Source of the DNA: an uncultured archaeon
GTDB lineage: Archaea > Asgardarchaeota > Lokiarchaeia > Sigyniarchaeales > SOKP01
NCBI GenBank assembly: GCA_964508365.1
Contig: CAZDTP010000074.1
Location: forward strand, 1-15,909
Length of the DNA stretch: 15,909 nt
Direction: 5' to 3'
Shown here: in pieces, positions 15,115 through 15,909 of the stretch
Layout of the letters: every line of letters begins with the position of its first letter
Position numbering within the stretch: the first letter of the stretch is position 1
Program-made: the position numbers and the translations under genes
The notes under the pieces: generated by a model
Told to the model about the DNA's origin: nothing
Database searches by the model: none
What the model saw: only the letters and a program-made list of their open reading frames with translations

Positions 15115-15130
15115 GTGAGCATTTACTCAT
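15115..15130. promoter_or_regulatory. Putative TetR operator 1 (imperfect palindrome)
   Basis: GTGAGCATTTACTCAT matches the perfect palindrome at 15142-15157 at 13 of 16 positions. Confidence 0.65.
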
Positions 15131-15137
15131 TTATAAA
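15130..15137 (+). promoter_or_regulatory. TATA box candidate for tetR
   Basis: TTTATAAA about 35-42 bp upstream of the ATG at 15172, lying between the two operators. Confidence 0.55.
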
Positions 15138-15141
15138 CTTT

Positions 15142-15157
15142 ATGAGTAATTACTCAT
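15142..15157. promoter_or_regulatory. Putative TetR operator 2 (perfect 16-bp palindrome)
   Basis: ATGAGTAATTACTCAT is its own reverse complement and sits 14 bp before the tetR ATG. Confidence 0.75.
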
Positions 15158-15171
15158 TTACTATTATAATA

Positions 15172-15786
15172 ATGTCAAGTAAAAAATTTTCAAGAAATAA
15201 ACAAGAAAAAATTAACCTGATATATGATACTTTCTTTAATCTAATATTAAAACAGGGTTATGACAAAATAAGTACAAATCATGTTGCAAAATCAGCTAAG
15301 ATTAGTATTGGTACGATTTATAAATATTTTCCGAAAGGAAAAGAAGATATTATGCGAAATTACTTTGAAGAATCGATGGAAACCTTTTTGGATAATCAAG
15401 ATTTAATTAATATAAATGATGAAAATATACGAGATTATCTAAATCATTTTGTACTAGATTTATTTAAAAACCACAAAGAAAATAAAGGATATAATCAAGC
15501 TTTTATATCTGCCATCCAATCGGATATGTTATTACATAAGGCACACAAAGAGAAGATTTTCACTATTTTTAAAGATAGAGCTCAGAAATTAAGGAAAACA
15601 AATAAAAACTTTAATGAAATACCCGAGGAAAGATTGATTGAAGTCTTTATCTTCATATATAATCTTATCAATGCGATTCTATATCATCATTTATCTGTAA
15701 TGGAATTATTTGATACAGATGATAAATTAATTGAATATCTTTCAAATTTAGTAGTTTTTTCATTGAAGTATTTAATTCAGAGTTAG
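15172..15786 (+). CDS. TetR/AcrR family transcriptional regulator
   Basis: HTH region FFNLILKQGYDKISTNHVAKSAKISIGTIYKYFPKGKEDI and a helical C-terminal domain. ATG at 15172 is preferred because the GTG at 15115 runs through the operator/promoter region. Confidence 0.92.
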   Translation: MSSKKFSRNKQEKINLIYDTFFNLILKQGYDKISTNHVAKSAKISIGTIYKYFPKGKEDIMRNYFEESMETFLDNQDLININDENIRDYLNHFVLDLFKNHKENKGYNQAFISAIQSDMLLHKAHKEKIFTIFKDRAQKLRKTNKNFNEIPEERLIEVFIFIYNLINAILYHHLSVMELFDTDDKLIEYLSNLVVFSLKYLIQS

Positions 15787-15909
15787 AAAATTTTAATAAT
15801 AAATCAAAGTAGAAAAACCTATTTTTAAAAAAGGAAATGGGAGGACAAATAATATTATATTTTTAAGAATTTTATTTCCATGTTTCTTTAAATACTCTTA
15901 ATAAATTAG

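Noticed and set aside
15872-15907. Possible C-terminus of a minus-strand gene entering from beyond the window (NLLRVFKETWK*)
   Set aside because: Only 11 codons are visible and cannot be supported without flanking sequence.
1-15909. CRISPR arrays, tRNA/rRNA, transposases, integrases, defence-system genes
   Set aside because: No regularly spaced repeats, no GC-rich structured intergenic segments (all gaps are about 200 bp or less and AT-rich), and no corresponding protein motifs were seen.

Overview
AT-rich, gene-dense window with 15 supportable CDSs (the first is 5'-truncated) and no recognisable RNA gene, CRISPR array or mobile element. Archaeal-type TATA boxes, a Loki-CTERM-like C-terminal anchor and a HEAT+LRR protein suggest an Asgard archaeon (Lokiarchaeota/Promethearchaeota). 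That assignment is an inference, not a database result. Gene order: LVIVD-repeat surface protein (partial), CYTH/CyaB, small hypothetical, HEAT+LRR protein, NDP-sugar pyrophosphorylase, MefA-like MFS transporter, double-SIS sugar isomerase, CxH-CxxC small protein, alpha-glucan phosphorylase, stand-alone GH20-type N-terminal domain, DusB-like synthase, small membrane protein, MtnA, GlcD-like FAD oxidoreductase, DUF1848 radical-SAM-like protein, class I methyltransferase, TetR regulator. The most unusual signals are four. (1) Three minus-strand ORFs (pyrophosphorylase, HEAT-LRR, hypothetical) share one frame and are separated only by single TAA stops, with an LRR-like remnant after the second stop. 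(2) The first junction would give a PLD-LbH-HEAT order reminiscent of eIF2B-epsilon. (3) Two palindromic operators are interleaved with two TATA boxes between the methyltransferase and tetR. (4) A GH20 domain-2 protein occurs without its catalytic barrel. All family calls come from motif recognition by eye; no searches were run.
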